From: Enoplolaimus lenunculus
Lineage: Eukaryota
Length of the DNA: 64,000 bases
Reading direction: 5' to 3'
NCBI GenBank assembly: GCA_030248215.1
Contig: JASANG010001649.1
Coordinates: forward strand, 62,001-126,000
In this document: one piece after another, positions 49,801 to 61,636 of the stretch
Numbering within the stretch: position 1 is the stretch's first letter
How the letters are laid out: the number at the start of each line of letters is the position of its first letter
Notes under the pieces: generated by a model
The model's input: only the letters and a program-made list of their open reading frames with translations
Told to the model about the DNA's origin: nothing
Database searches by the model: none
Translations under genes and position numbers: made by a program

Positions 49801-52460
49801 ATTCACACAATATGAACTATCATCAAGGTGGTATAAACCTGAAACGTATGCTACTAGTGATGTATAAGATTGAAATTCGGTCTGCCTGTTTCCAATCAGA
49901 GGTTGTCATTGGCGCACTGCCTGCCGTTCCTAGAAAAAATCTTTTTGCCACGAAAAAGATTGCTCGTCGCTGAAATAGATATGGCGTAGCCCATGCCGTG
50001 ATTCAATCCAATTCCGAATTGAGCTAGTACAGGGCGTAATTACGACGTGGGCTAGCCCACGCCGTAATTCTTTCTCTGCTACAAGTTCACGCCTTATGAT
50101 TGCTTACTATTTTAATGTCATTCCCAAATACAATTAGCTGATGCAAATACTCTTTTCTGATTGGCTATGTAATCGCCAACTGTTAGTTACCAAACAGATT
50201 TTACTAGCTAAGGAATAAGCGATTATAAACCCAGAAAACGCGCAGCGCGCCCCCACAATCCGCGCCCAAACCCCCCGAACCCCACAACAACAAACGTTTT
50301 GAAGTTCAAATTGTTTCGTCAGCATTGAGTGCGTTTTAGTTTCTGCGTCCCAGGTTCGTACATTAATGTTTACCTTAGCAATACGATTAATATCCGTTGC
50401 CGATTTTGATCGCAATTTTCGGGACGCTGGTTTCGCATCTGGTGATTGTCTACGGTGTTTCTGCAGCCACTGGCTATAAAGTCGCTCGATATTTGGAGTG
50501 ACGAGTCCTTTGCCTCGCCAGTACGATGAGCACACGTAGCTAAATGTTAATACAATAGAAACTATTTCTCGTATTATCAAATGTGTATAGCATCTATCAC
50601 AAGTTAACCGGCTATATAGCTTGTAACTTTTGAGCTGATAAAGCTCATAATTTAGCACTTGCCGTTATATTGTGTATATTCTGAAATTTATCATTGCCGT
50701 TGTTCGCTTGCTTGAAAACGTATTACTTAAACTAGATGTGGTGCGCTCTATATTTTGGGGCTCATATTCTCAAATGCGTATAGCACCTATTATCAGTTAG
50801 CGATAGGTTTTGAAACTGACGAACATCTACAATTGCAGATCTCAAAATTGGAACACAAGTGGGGCTAATCAAATGCGAACAATGTGCTGAATTTCGAACG
50901 TCGCCATGCGCTGATTCCAAAGTTACAGGATCTATCACCAACCGGCGATACGTGGTACGCACATTTGAGAACACGGGCTCAGCTAATAGATAACAGTGTG
51001 CCACAGTTGCGGCGGATCATGAGATTTTTACAAGAATCTCTTCTGTGTTGTTTGATAGCTTTTGTTTTGTTTGTCACATTCCGTAGCCAACACCTGTTGA
51101 AACTCACATTTCGACTAGCGGTGTCGCACGATTTATAATAGTGAGAAAGGTTCGAGAGCGAAGCGACCGATAATCCAAACGTAATTTCAGTACCAAGTCT
51201 AAGGCAAAATTTTGGTTTTGATGCCTGTTCGAGATAGTTGGCCCGAGTGGCACTCATTTGGATGCGCTAGGACAGCGGGTTCGTAGAGCGGGGAGGACAG
51301 TGGGAGGGTTCTGCCCCACCGAAACAATTTTGCCCCCCCTAGAAAAACTTCAACCTTGTTTGTAAGTCAACGAATCCATTGTATGTTCCTCCTTAAATTT
51401 TTTAGCCCCCTAGCAACGTGAGCTAGCTAGCGGCCTGCAGTTCAGGTTCGTGGCTATATAATATTCACCTTCCCATATGCTGAAGCTGATCTGGTTCGGT
51501 AATCATGGTCTTTCCCAGCGGTGTAAACAGACGTCGTACGCCAAAATCAAGTGGTACTTTCTCGCTCAACTCGTCCAAAAGTGGATCAATTGTTCGGTAC
51601 CGAGATCGCGACACTGGCAAACGGACACCCTGAAACATTCATGAAATGGCCAGCCTGTATTGATCTGTAGGGATCAAAGCTTATGGGCGATCTGGGGTCA
51701 CTTCTCATTTTATGATTTCTGTCAAGTTGTTTTTAGGAACAGTTTCAGTTGATATACGCACCCAAGAATCCGCGTTCGAAAATGTTATAAAACGTAACCT
51801 TTACGAAATCCATGGCTAAAACTGTGGTAAATCTATTTACCAACGTAAAATTTTATCTCAAATATTAGCCTAATAAATATAGTGAACTAAAACAAACGTG
51901 CCTTTTCCATGCAGCTACATATTATCTTGTAATTTACCCATTGTTAAAATTCTAGAAATTCATTTTCCGTTAACCCCCCCTCTGTTTTGAAAACAGTATA
52001 GAAAGAAGACATCTTCGTTCTAATGCACAGGTTTTACCCCCATCTAAATAGGGGATATGCCAAAAAACGCGTGCCTGCGTGTATTCTGTCCTAAATAGAA
52101 TGTACTCAGTTGCATGCGCTTATTGAAGTATGCATCGCTCACTCATGGTTCAATCTAACCTTGCTTATCAAACTTTTTATTATTTACTTTAAAAAAGTTC
52201 TGTTTTTGCTCTAAACTTTCAACCGCCTCAAGCTGCATTATAGCGTAGTTTTTAGAAATGCCGTAGATTGAAAGATAATACGCAGGTTTTTTCCTCGCTC
52301 TCAGTGAACTTACTTTAAAGTTAGCATCACCTTCTTTGAAAAAGAAAACCGTTTTGGCTGAATACGGCCGTGTAAATGTTCGATTAGGATTGTTATAAAC
52401 GCGAATTGCGCTGTTACCATTGCACGCTTGATCTGGCATGTTTGGAATTGGCTTAACCAT
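30843..52460 (-). CDS. RP1: RP1-like (oxygen-regulated protein 1-like) protein: 2 doublecortin domains + 3 IQ motifs + 5 PLAT/LH2-like repeats, 28 exons, ~1302 aa
   Basis: Exons on minus strand: 52314-52460, 51469-51629, 50374-50539, 49649-49771, 48405-48554, 47822-47963, 46903-47011, 46084-46526, 44978-45085, 44498-44590, 43715-43813, 43058-43209, 42490-42568, 41601-41738, 41130-41201, 40441-40637, 39889-39975, 39270-39450, 38886-39031, 38335-38413, 37601-37672, 36455-36586, 35180-35403, 34547-34636, 33902-34037, 33268-33425, 32965-33116, 30843-30915. Phases are consistent; 3909 nt total. DCX1 AKTVFFFKEGDANFKGVRLPV...LLDELSEKVPLDFGVRRLFTPLG...SYVCS closely resembles the RP1 N-terminal DCX. 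The terminal exon and exon 21 are the least certain. Confidence 0.85.
34193..34445. mobile_element. Foldback MITE with CACTGTAAA termini and GAGTTGA/TCAACTC repeats
   Basis: cactgtaaatttcagcgagttgatg ... catcaactcattggaatttacagtg; superfamily uncertain (CACTA/EnSpm-like termini). Confidence 0.65.
36635..36896 (-). mobile_element. Telomeric-repeat-bearing MITE copy with a ~50-bp internal duplication
   Basis: ggcccatgtaaagattaggggcggaac...(ttaggc)n...tacatcggcc; the block ctagagtaagcttaagg...ttttttggctggc occurs twice. Confidence 0.75.
36944..37158. mobile_element. Degenerate foldback MITE rich in TTGCAA
   Basis: cccattcacacatgcaa ... ttgcacgtatgattgggg. Confidence 0.5.
43245..43431. mobile_element. 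Tourist-type MITE copy (same family as 58383-58651)
   Basis: gagtgacgctgtac...gacgg/ccgtc-rich interior...gtatagcgccacctta. Confidence 0.7.
43818..43914. repeat. (AAT)n/(ATT)n microsatellite abutting the exon-11 acceptor
   Basis: Direct reading; alternating AAT and ATT blocks. Confidence 0.9.
44498..46526 (-). other. Three IQ calmodulin-binding motifs after a Lys/Thr-rich linker (exons 8-10 of the RP1-like gene)
   Basis: AAVKIQAGIRGYLTRR, AAKKIQAVYRGHALRR and AATKIQAAFKGYKTRK match IQxxx[RK]Gxxx[RK]. Confidence 0.85.
46597..46801 (-). mobile_element. Telomeric-repeat-bearing MITE copy
   Basis: gcccatgtaaagatcaggggcg...(ttaggc)n...gccctgttctatacattggc. Confidence 0.8.
47303..47377 (+). pseudogene. 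Degenerate tRNA-derived SINE head or tRNA pseudogene
   Basis: A-box-like TGGCGTAATGG and B-box-like GTTTCAATC at tRNA spacing, but no clean cloverleaf. Similar decayed minus-strand heads lie at ~44203-44260, ~45808-45868 and ~57097-57152. Confidence 0.4.
48498..48988. repeat. Near-perfect tandem array, 7 x 70 bp, containing the intron-4 acceptor and first 57 nt of exon 5 of the RP1-like gene
   Basis: Unit agatcgcagtactattttatgaacccggcttggtttttgattcagaacaaaaagcacctgaaaacatata starts at 48498, 48568, 48638, 48708 (71 bp, one extra T), 48779, 48849 and 48919. Confidence 0.97.
50758..50978. mobile_element. MITE with TATTCTCAAATG-type TIRs; inverted relative at ~41328-41520
   Basis: ggctcatattctcaaatgcgta ... 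tacgcacatttgagaacacgggc; the interior matches the reverse complement of 41340-41510. Confidence 0.6.
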
Positions 52461-53812
52461 ACTGTTTAAGAATTATATTAAGGCTTTAAGAGTTGTCAAA
52501 ATTTTAAAATGTATAGCAGTGTTCGGTAACAATACAGCTTTGAAGTTCTTGAGGCTGCAAATTAATATGCACTTGATGTCATGCTATTAATATTTAATTT
52601 GTACGGCGAAAATTAAAAATGAAATTGCAAAACTGGAATAAATTTGAAAATACAAACCGAAAGAAAAAGTTTTAGAGCAATGTCGTCATTAAAGCGTAAC
52701 CTGGGATAAAAATCCGAAATGACAAAGTTTAAGTTATCATTTCAGACGGTAATTTGAGATACACACATTTATTGATTGCTACTCAAAAAAATTCGCCCCC
52801 CGCCCAGAAAAGTTCGACCTCGCTTGTAACATCGACGAAAACCCTTGTATATGCCCGTACTGAAATATTTTTAGCCCCCATAGTAACGTGAGTTGGCTAC
52901 GAGTTTATATTCGCGTCGCTTCTGTACCTTGTACTGCAAAATCGAAACAATAACAAAAATTTTCTAGTTGTGTTTAATCGACGAATATTGGCTTCATATG
53001 ATTATTGTTTTTCAACTTCATAACCTAAGTAGTGTTTGATTATTAATGTACAAATTTGAATTTTCCGATTAAATCGTTTGCAACTCAACCGAAAGGTTTC
53101 GTTGAAGTTTACCAGCTATAGTAATACAAGATTATCTCCAATGTTTTCGTAGCTGAAATAATTGCAGAAACGCAACACGAAGCCAAGTATTAGGAATTTT
53201 CGAAAATCAACTAGGATTTTCAAATACTTTTGTTCCACACACGCGCACAAACAGACACAGGCTGAGATGTAGAGACGTGACTTAAGTCGACATCTGACAT
53301 CAGTCGATTTTGGACTTTTATAATAAGGTCAACAAAGTACGTTACGGGTCGATATTTTTGATAAATTGGTAGGCCTTTGGAGGTGCGAAATGTATCATTT
53401 TAAAGTTACCATTAGTAGCTCAAAATTGCCACAGACTTCAGCAAATATCTGTTGTTTGTTTGGGTAAATTAGAATGTGTGTTGGAACCTCTGGTTTAAGT
53501 CAAAATTACAAAATGGAAGTAAAATCTTTTTCGGCTTAAGTTGGAATTTGACTAAACTCGTGTTTCTGCAACTCGGCCCCAAAAAACACACAATCACATA
53601 TAAACACACACAAACACACACACAAACAAAACCAGACAAGTGTAATAAAAAATAGCCAGCGTATCTAGTGTGCTTAATATTCATTATGTCCATCTAAAAA
53701 CTCACGCAGTTCAGCCAGATACTACTGTAGGCAGGAAAAATTTAGCAACTGCAAAATCTAGCCATTAACTATTAGTGATTGGACCAACGACAATGAAACG
53801 CAACAGATTTAG

Positions 53813-54249
53813 CAGGGTTCCAACCGGAACTAGATTTTGTCGGAAGCGGAATCGGAATCGGAGTAAAAATTTCTGTCGGAACCGGAATCAGAATCGGAAT
53901 CGGAATTAAGTTTTAGTAATTCTATTAAAAAGTTAAAGGAGGTGTATGACTTAACTTTTTTGTTGCAGTATGCCTGTTTCCGTTACTGTTCACTGTTTCA
54001 GCAAAAATTGTTTATATAGCTGACGGAATACACGTAACAACTCGGAATATCTACAAAGAAAAAACCTACAGAATAATTGCAAATGAACGAAACAAAACGA
54101 AACTCGCAAAATCAAACCTCAATCATCTTAAAAACTCACAACCGAGAAATCAAAATCCCGGCATCAGAACAACAGTCAGCCGGAATCGGAATCGGAAGTC
54201 AAATTTTGGCCGGAATTTTAACCGGAATCGGAATTCCGATGGAACCCTG
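53813..54249. mobile_element. hAT-type MITE with GGAATC subterminal repeats
   Basis: TIRs CAGGGTTCCA...TGGAACCCTG; flanks agatttag/atatttag (7/8). Confidence 0.8.
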
Positions 54250-54892
54250 ATATTTAGGTTGCGGCATAAAACTTCAACAAAGCCATATTTTTAAAACATA
54301 AGAGACCAACTGGGCCAAAACTTATCCAAAGAAGACCACATTTAAGTTTTTAATGCTGGGTTTCAGCTGCTAAAAGATCATTGTATTCGTTTTTTATGAA
54401 GCAGCGAATAAACTTTAACGGCCGCAAACCTCATGATAAAGCATTGTCACAAATTGAATGTACGTATATATGCTGTAATAAAAACACATGTTGCCTATAG
54501 AGATAATAATCCCGTGCGGTAGTTACACGGCTATATACCGAACCTGGAACAACAAAACGTAATTACTTGCATGGGGCGATAGAAATTCATTACTTTGTTC
54601 TTCTTAGAAACGCACATTTTCTAACATTGTTGATCATTCATTGGTAAAGAGTTAAATGATAAGGGGCACAAGAGGATACACTTTTTGATATAGCATCTTT
54701 AGTCACACAGATTAGGTTAAGACGTAAAGCTCAGGTTAACGCTTATATATGACTGTTTTTCAGATGAAATAATGCCCGACTGGTGCAGTTTTTTGTACAC
54801 TTCCTTGATGCCATCCGACTCGAAGCACTTTATGGTTTTATTTTTGACAAACAGTTTCGTATCATAAAACGGCCGCCCATATTAAGGAATTC

Positions 54893-55257
54893 CAGGGTGT
54901 AAACGGATAGTAACAATAACGGAAACGGACATGGAAAACGGATATTGAAGTATAAAAGTTTTAAAAATGTTTTATTTTCATGCCAACACAATTGAAGCAT
55001 GCATATAGTCACCGGTTTTTGAAAGATTCAAAAGAAAAAATGGCTGATGCATCGAAATTTTATGAATTTTTGTTTAATTTCATTATTTTTATTTAGTCTC
55101 AAACATTTGCAGCATATCTGAAGTGAAAAATTTCGATATATGCGTGTCAACTAATTTTGACGTAAAAATAACAGAATTTCCGTTTATTTCTACAACGGAA
55201 ACGGAAACGGACACCTATTTTTGCCGGAAACGGAAACGGATATCCGGTTACACGCTG
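54893..55257 (+). mobile_element. hAT-type MITE with ACGGAA subterminal repeats
   Basis: CAGGGTGTAAAC...GGTTACACGCTG; flanks aggaattc/atgatttc. A homologous inverted copy lies at 60903-61284. Confidence 0.7.
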
Positions 55258-55319
55258 ATGATTTCTCTCTGGTTCCGTTTCTGCTGTCGTAAGTGTACTT
55301 TTGGAAATTATCATAAAAC

Positions 55320-55485
55320 CGGGCCCGTAGCCAGAGGGGGGCCAGGGGGTGGCTCAGCCGCTCCTGGAAGAATTTTGGCACTCAAGAAAACTTTTAACCT
55401 TACGTTGTAAGTCCCTGATAATCCTTGTATTGTCCAGCTGAAAAATGTTTAGCCCCCATAGCAATGTGAGCTGGCTACGATCTTG
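55320..55485 (+). mobile_element. hAT-type MITE family with CAGGCCCGTAGCCAG-like TIRs, representative copy
   Basis: cgggcccgtagccag...gagctggctacga; TSD cataaaac/cttaaaac. Other copies: ~31246-31409, ~43525-43681, ~45205-45355, ~51290-51436, ~52790-52902. Confidence 0.78.
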
Positions 55486-57749
55486 CTTAAAACCAAATAT
55501 TTTTTATCCAAACCATACTGCACATAATGTCTACCTCAAAGGTAGTAACATTAGTAATCGAGTGAAAAATAAATAACCACGAAGGCATATATTCATTATA
55601 CACGCATGAACGATAATATAGTCGCTGTCGGCAAATATTAAAGCTAAAATTAAGCTGTTTTTTCGCAGTCGGCAGCTGAACCGTAAAATATATACAGCGG
55701 CTGTGGATATGTAAACTACTCCGTGAACGCTAAGTTTTGACCATCATGCAGCCGGTAACCTAAAATTTTCATTAATTCTCAAGGGCGATGAATGTCTGTT
55801 GCCGTATATATCAAAGTAACACTATTTACATCAAACTTCATATGAAATAAAATTTGTGAATTTGTTTATCGACGGTGAAAAAACCACAAAATGAAAAGGA
55901 TGAAGACGTGTTTAGAGGCTTTGGGTAATTCATTAAGTGATAGCATACTTACTGAAAAATATAACACACTTTATATACGGTTAGTAGCGGGACGGTTTAT
56001 ATTAAAATGCCGACTCACGCTGATTTTAGTGCCGTCCTGGTTTCTAGTGGGCCTGTCAAAGAGTATGCTTAGATTCTAGACTACATTTTTTGCTTAGGCT
56101 TAGGCTTAGGAATACACTTTTGCAACGCTTTGGCATCGTAGGCTTAGGCTTAGGAACACGCGTAATTTACAGCTACGGCCTAATAACTTGTCAACGCAGC
56201 TATGAATATATACACGAACGTTTTAATATTACAAGCACAGTGAATATTGTAATTTTAAAAATGAAAATTCTCTCAAAGTGGGAAAAAAGAGACAAAATAT
56301 GTTACCCAAGCTGTCCCGGTTACAACGTCAGCCTCACGTCCGCTCTATGCTTGACATTTAACCTGACACCGCAACGGCCCTGAAAGTAAGATGGAATCGC
56401 TCCCGTCCAGATATGATTGAATACGGCCTGAAAACATCCGCTGACGTTCAATAAATTAAATATCAGTGTTTAAATTCTTCGTGCATAAGAGACACATTGT
56501 ACATTTGTCACGTTTACCACTGGTAAACGGTTTTCGAGTGGGTTACGGTGCGCAACTTCGAATACAATAACTCAAAAAATCAACATACCCCCTACTGAGT
56601 ACAAGTTAGCTCAGATGGCGGTAAATACCAAACTACAAAAGTTGTCGTCCATATATGGCTAAGGGGACGGAACTTATTTTCTACAGAATTGTAATGAAGT
56701 ACGCTTAAGCTTTACATTATTTTCAGCTTAGAATTAGGCTTAGGCTTAGTTACAAGCTTCGGGTTTAGGGTTAGGCAAAGGATTATGCTTACTGCTGCTA
56801 CTGCCCTCAGCTAGAAAAGAGCCAAAACTGTTGAAAAACTTGCTTAAACCATTTGCGAAGTTGTGCCAAAAAGTTAAGTTAGTAGTTTCGCATAAGCTTA
56901 AACCACTATGTTTACGTACCAGAGCGGATCCTAAACAGTTGTTTTCAAAGCGTTAGATCACCCTAGGATTGCCATGAATTCTTCAAAAACTGTTTTGTTA
57001 TAGAAAATGTTCGTCACAGCAATATTTACCGTTTTAATACACTACCCCGGAAAAGATAAAAACCAAAACTTTGAATTCAGCCACGAAGTGATTTTCGGGT
57101 TTGTCGAATGAGTTATTGCTGCCCATCGCTTTAGCCACTGAGCTACACAGCTCAACAATATAGTTGCTTGTAAATTTGCGTATTGTCGTCAAACGTAAAA
57201 GTGTAATAGGAAATTTTGTAGTTCCCCAACAGTGTGAAGTTTTGCTTAGGCTTTGGCTTAGGTATAGGTTTAGAGGTTTATACTTTGCAATCTACTTATT
57301 CTACTGCACAGTTACGGCCCTCAGCTGTTACATGGGTCGTTTGTGGGGTTGGGGCTATGTACCGCGGATGGAGCTACAAAAGTTCTGTTCATTGCAGAGC
57401 CATTTCGTGCAATTATGCGTTGCATAATCTGACGTACTTAACTGATCGGTAGCCAGAGTATAGCTCAACAGTCTCAAAATGTTTTGGCTTCTTAGAAAAG
57501 TTCTAGTCCAGCTTGTAAGCCATGTGAACTCCATGCATGCTCCTTTAAAATTTTTGTCTTTCCCTCAGACGTCACTTTTTTATAGCAGGTTGAGGTGTCT
57601 ACGGGCCGGTGACGTAGGTAATGCATTATTATTGTGAGATGACGTTAAAGTTTAACTGTGGGTTGATCAAGCCATTAAAATTTTGCAGCACGAAACCGTA
57701 TTGCCAATGTGAGTTTATTATTTATCAGCTTGCATTACTTCCAGACAGC

Positions 57750-57987
57750 GGCCCGTGTAACGATCTGGGGCAGAACATTTTCAGTGGGTTTTGAATAGAG
57801 TACGTATAAGCTTTAGATATTTTGCTCAAGATTAGGATTAGGCTTAGGCTTAGATATGCGCTCATTCTCACGCTGCGGCTAAGCTTAGGCTTAGGTATAA
57901 GCTCATTCTCACGCTTATGCTTAGGCTTAGGCTTAGGCTTATAGAAATACGCTTACTACTGATTCGCTCCTGCTCAATACATTGGCC
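57750..57987 (-). mobile_element. Telomeric-repeat-bearing MITE copy (one of four same-orientation copies in 56.0-58.0 kb)
   Basis: ggcccgtgtaacgatctggggcag...(ttaggc)n with three arrays...caatacattggcc. Confidence 0.8.
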
Positions 57988-58065
57988 AAGGCACATCATC
58001 TTTTGAAATCAGCATGATTTAGCAAATCAAATTATGTCAATTTTTTCAATTTTTATTTTAACCAA

Positions 58066-61000
58066 TCAAAATCCGTAATTAACAAATTTAAATCCTTCAT
58101 CTTTATCAGGCACTGCGTTTCGAACTTCACGTCCAGTCAGCGCGCATTCGCTTCGTTTCGCTTTTAACAGCTCGTAATTTGTAGTTTTGATCGCATCGTG
58201 TAAGCCGGACAATTCGTAGCACGTATGACATCTGTGAAAAAAATATATATTGCAATTCAAACGAGATAAAATCCGAATCAAAATCACATGGTAGGCCATC
58301 GTATGCTTAAATTCCAAGAGTTTTAACCGTTATTTTTTAATGTTTTAGTTCTTGCCCTAAACTTTACAATCAAGACGAATAAGGGTTGCGCTATACTTGA
58401 CGTCCGGCGCCTTCCGCCGCCATCCGTCACCGTGCGTCACGCGTACCGCGGCTTTCGTCACCGTCCGCCAATATACGTTATCGTACGTGAGTTATTTGCG
58501 TATGATATCGCACGGTGACGGATGGTGCCGTACGGGTAACGGACGGTGCCGTACGGGTAACGGACGGTGCCATACGGGTAACGGACGGCACCTGACGACA
58601 CCTTGCGGGTAACGGATGGCGCTGCACGTCAAAAAAAGTATAGCGCAACCCTAACACAGCGGTCAGTACTACAAAACTTTTTTTATTTCAGCTATTACTT
58701 AGTGCCATCAAAATATTTAATAGTCGGTACATTACTAGTGGAGTTTGCAAGTTGAATTTGTAACACTTTAGAGACTAAAAAATCAATAGAAAATTTGAAT
58801 TCGTATTTTCAATTGAGTATAGCGTCTAATAATACCGGGAGATTGCAGGATTTGTATAGTATTAATCATCAGTTTAGGATAATCAACCCGTACGTCATTA
58901 ATCAATAACTTACGAAAGTTCGTTAAAACTTATCGCTTCATGATAAAAACGCTATCTGTTTTAGTCTATTAAAAACAATCTCAAAACTACTAATGCTAGG
59001 GCTATCGCGACCTCAATTATAAATAGCCGTGTAGTAAGTTTACTGTCCGCAATTACGTCAACTTACAATCTAGCACGCGGACAACGTTTCCCTAGCGTCT
59101 TGCATTCATTGAATTGTTCCTTAATGTTTGGACGGCGGCATTCTTCAGGAATATTAGCTCTGCCTCGACCTCGGCCATTACGGCCGTTCCGACCGCCTGA
59201 TCCAAATTGTCGGAATGGACGGAAAGATTGTCGCTGAAAACTCGTTGAAAAATAGTATGGTCGCTAAGATGATTTGAAGTTTACAGTGTATTCGTACCAC
59301 AAGTTCACGTAAACGAAAAGTAAACGAAACTCACAAAATACAAAACCGTTATTAAATTGCTTATAGTCTGGACTTCGATTAGTTTGATTCACGCTTTGGA
59401 TAAAAAAAGTAAAAATGATTTCTTCAAAAATGTCTCTGAACTTAATTTATACTCTCTAAAAGCTTAAACTAACTTGATTTAAGGCTAAGCTAATCCATTA
59501 GAATCAAACTAACTTTATAGATTAACTAAACTAACAGGTAAGTTTACGCTAAAACGTATTTGCAGTCATATCTGAGAATGCCCATGCATCATACTAATTA
59601 TTCAAAATAGCAATCATTAAAAGTAAATTTGGGGCACACTGTCGGGTAAATGATGCAGAATCCCTACGAATTACAACTTTCAAAACCGTCATAGTCGAAA
59701 GGTTTTTCCTTAAATTTCAAAACTATTTACAGCCTTAAAATTTAAATAAATAAAACCATAAATATACTTACCCTGTTCCGCCGTCGTCGTCTGCCAAGAT
59801 TTTGCGGCACTTCTTGATATCCAGGATCATCAAATTCTTTGCGACATCCTTGCCATTCTTGATGACCGTTATTCAAGCATTGGATCACTGCGTCTTTTCG
59901 TTGTTGCTCCAAGTTGAATCGGTGTTCAACTAATTCTGCTACTGGGACACCACAACGTTCTTCGATAGCTTGGAGTCTTCTTGGAGCTAAATTAAGAAAC
60001 CACATTCTCAATTGTGGGTATTCAAATAAGCGAACTGCATCAGTTGCCGATTTCAAAGTTTAATCACCAGTCTATTCACAAGCTGAAGCTGGCTTACTTT
60101 TTTCTTTCAGTACGCAAAGGACAATGCTTAGAAAGGGGCTTTAGTAATTGAAAAGTTTGAACTTTAGGCTTGGCTTAAATCCAGAGTAGATCCTCCTGGC
60201 TTTGCGTTCTGATGTGTTTCTGTGGGAAAAATTCCATTTTATTACTAACACCGTGGCCCATGTATAGAACAGGGCCGGAACAGTAGTGTAAGCGTATTCG
60301 AAAGCCTAAGCCTAAGCCTAAGCCTAAGCAAATTATATATCATACATTTCAAAAACTTATTTTACATCGATTCCGTAAACCGCGATGTTCAGCACACGAT
60401 TCAACCAACGCTTTCTTCTCTTCAAGACAACTGATAAATTCATCGCACGCCCGACTTCTTCCTTGTTGACCGGACACAAGCGTAAGCTATAAATTCAAAA
60501 GATAAGCTATATAAGTTAAGGAACACTTTTGGTGCCACGTTGTCTTACCCGTAGCCAATAGGGGCCAAGGGGTTCACCCCCCCGGATAGATTTTGCCCCC
60601 CCCCCTAGAAAATTTTCAATCTTGCTTGTAACTTCAACGAAACCCCTTGTATGCCCCTCCTCAAAAGTTTAACCCCTCTAGCATGGTTAGCTGGTTACTG
60701 GCCTGCCCGTTGTCCATAAAGATTTCCAGTTTCAGTTGTCTATCGACTTGGTTAGCGGTATAATTTCAGACAAAAAATCTACGGGTCTCGTGGCATTTAT
60801 ACGTTAGGACATTTCAAACTTCGCTAATAATACTGTTAAAACGATAATAGTACCAAATAAAACAACCCGGCAGAATAAAGTTAATAAAATTGAATGCTTA
60901 CTGATATCCGTTTCCGTTTCCGATAAAAATCGGTGTCGTTTCCGTTTCCGTTATAGAAATAACGGAAATTCTGTTATTTTTATGTTCAAAATTATTTATA

Positions 61001-61368
61001 AATCACTTCTATATCTCGCAATTATTCGTCGCAGATATGGTGCAATTCTTTGAAATGAAATAAAAATTATGAAATTCATGCAAAATATTAAAAAATTTCG
61101 ATCCATCAGCCATTTTTTCATTCGAATTTTTGAACACGCTTTGAATAAATGCAGACTTCAATTGTGTTGGCAGAAAAATAAACATGTTTGAAACTTTTAA
61201 ACTTCAATATTCCTTTTCCGTTTCCGTTATTTTGATCACTATCCGTTTCTGTTTTCGTTATTTTTAGTATCTGTTTACACCCTAGCTTACACCACTGTGT
61301 CAGCCCCGAAAAGTAACAGTTAATAAAGCTCGTACCAAAAACAGTGAGCAAAGAAACGTTGCAATCAT
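58066..61368 (-). CDS. Putative secreted cysteine-rich protein of unknown function, 5 exons, ~233 aa
   Basis: Exons on minus strand: 61336-61368, 60366-60486, 59772-59986, 59067-59233, 58066-58231. Phases are consistent; 702 nt total. Signal-peptide-like MIATFLCSLFLLTLVSG|QQ, 12 Cys in the mature part, and a central LGRRRRRNRR...GGRNGRNGRGRGR segment. Confidence 0.78.
58383..58651. mobile_element. Tourist/PIF-Harbinger-type MITE (TAA TSD)
   Basis: TAA-GGGTTGCGCTATAC...GTATAGCGCAACCC-TAA; internal 21-bp tandem gacggtgccgtacgggtaacg x3. Confidence 0.85.
60544..60705 (+). mobile_element. Copy of the CAGGCCCGTAGCCAG-type hAT MITE
   Basis: TSD cacgttgt/cccgttgt; internal cccttgtatgcccctcc block shared with the family. 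Confidence 0.75.
60903..61284 (-). mobile_element. Inverted copy of the ACGGAA-repeat MITE (intron 1 of the secreted-protein gene)
   Basis: Reverse-complement similarity to 54893-55250 along its length (gatatccgtttccgtttccg...gtttacacccta). Confidence 0.7.
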
Positions 61369-61430
61369 TTTCGTTTCGTTTCGCAGGATTTAAGTTCTAT
61401 AATTTTACCATAGAACTCTGAAACTTGACA

Positions 61431-61568
61431 CAACTCGGTACCCTGCACACATTGTTTATTATGGAGGGCTAAAAAATTTTCAGGAGCGGCATACTAGGGT
61501 TTTCAATCCTAGGTATGAATTATTTCAGAGGGTCTGAGCCTCGCAGCCTTCCACTGGCTACGGGCCCG
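61431..61568 (-). mobile_element. Copy of the CAGGCCCGTAGCCAG-type hAT MITE just upstream of the secreted-protein ATG
   Basis: Perfect TSD acttgaca on both sides; ends ctggctacgggcccg. Confidence 0.72.
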
Positions 61569-61636
61569 ACTTGACACAAAGAATGTAGATAGAGACCACG
61601 TTGCATACTTGAAAACAGCACAAAAATGAAGTTTGC

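Larger units (their letters stand above)
47822..52460 (-). other. Tandem doublecortin (DCX) domain region of the RP1-like gene (exons 1-6)
   Basis: DCX1 spans exons 1-3. DCX2 reads VLFVLNQKPSRVHKIVL...LLRELSANLQVPVYRLYTPEGVRVLSITELLTGPTKFIACS (exons 5-6). Confidence 0.85.

Noticed and set aside
52461..54800. RFX/DAF-19 X-box upstream of the putative ciliary gene
   Set aside because: Only partial matches were found (gttgcctatagagat near 54490; a half-site inside a MITE near 52880); none fits the consensus well.
56010..57987. True telomere, fusion site or de novo telomere-addition site
   Set aside because: The TTAGGC runs are short, degenerate, present on both strands across the window and embedded in MITE flanks; there is no long pure array.
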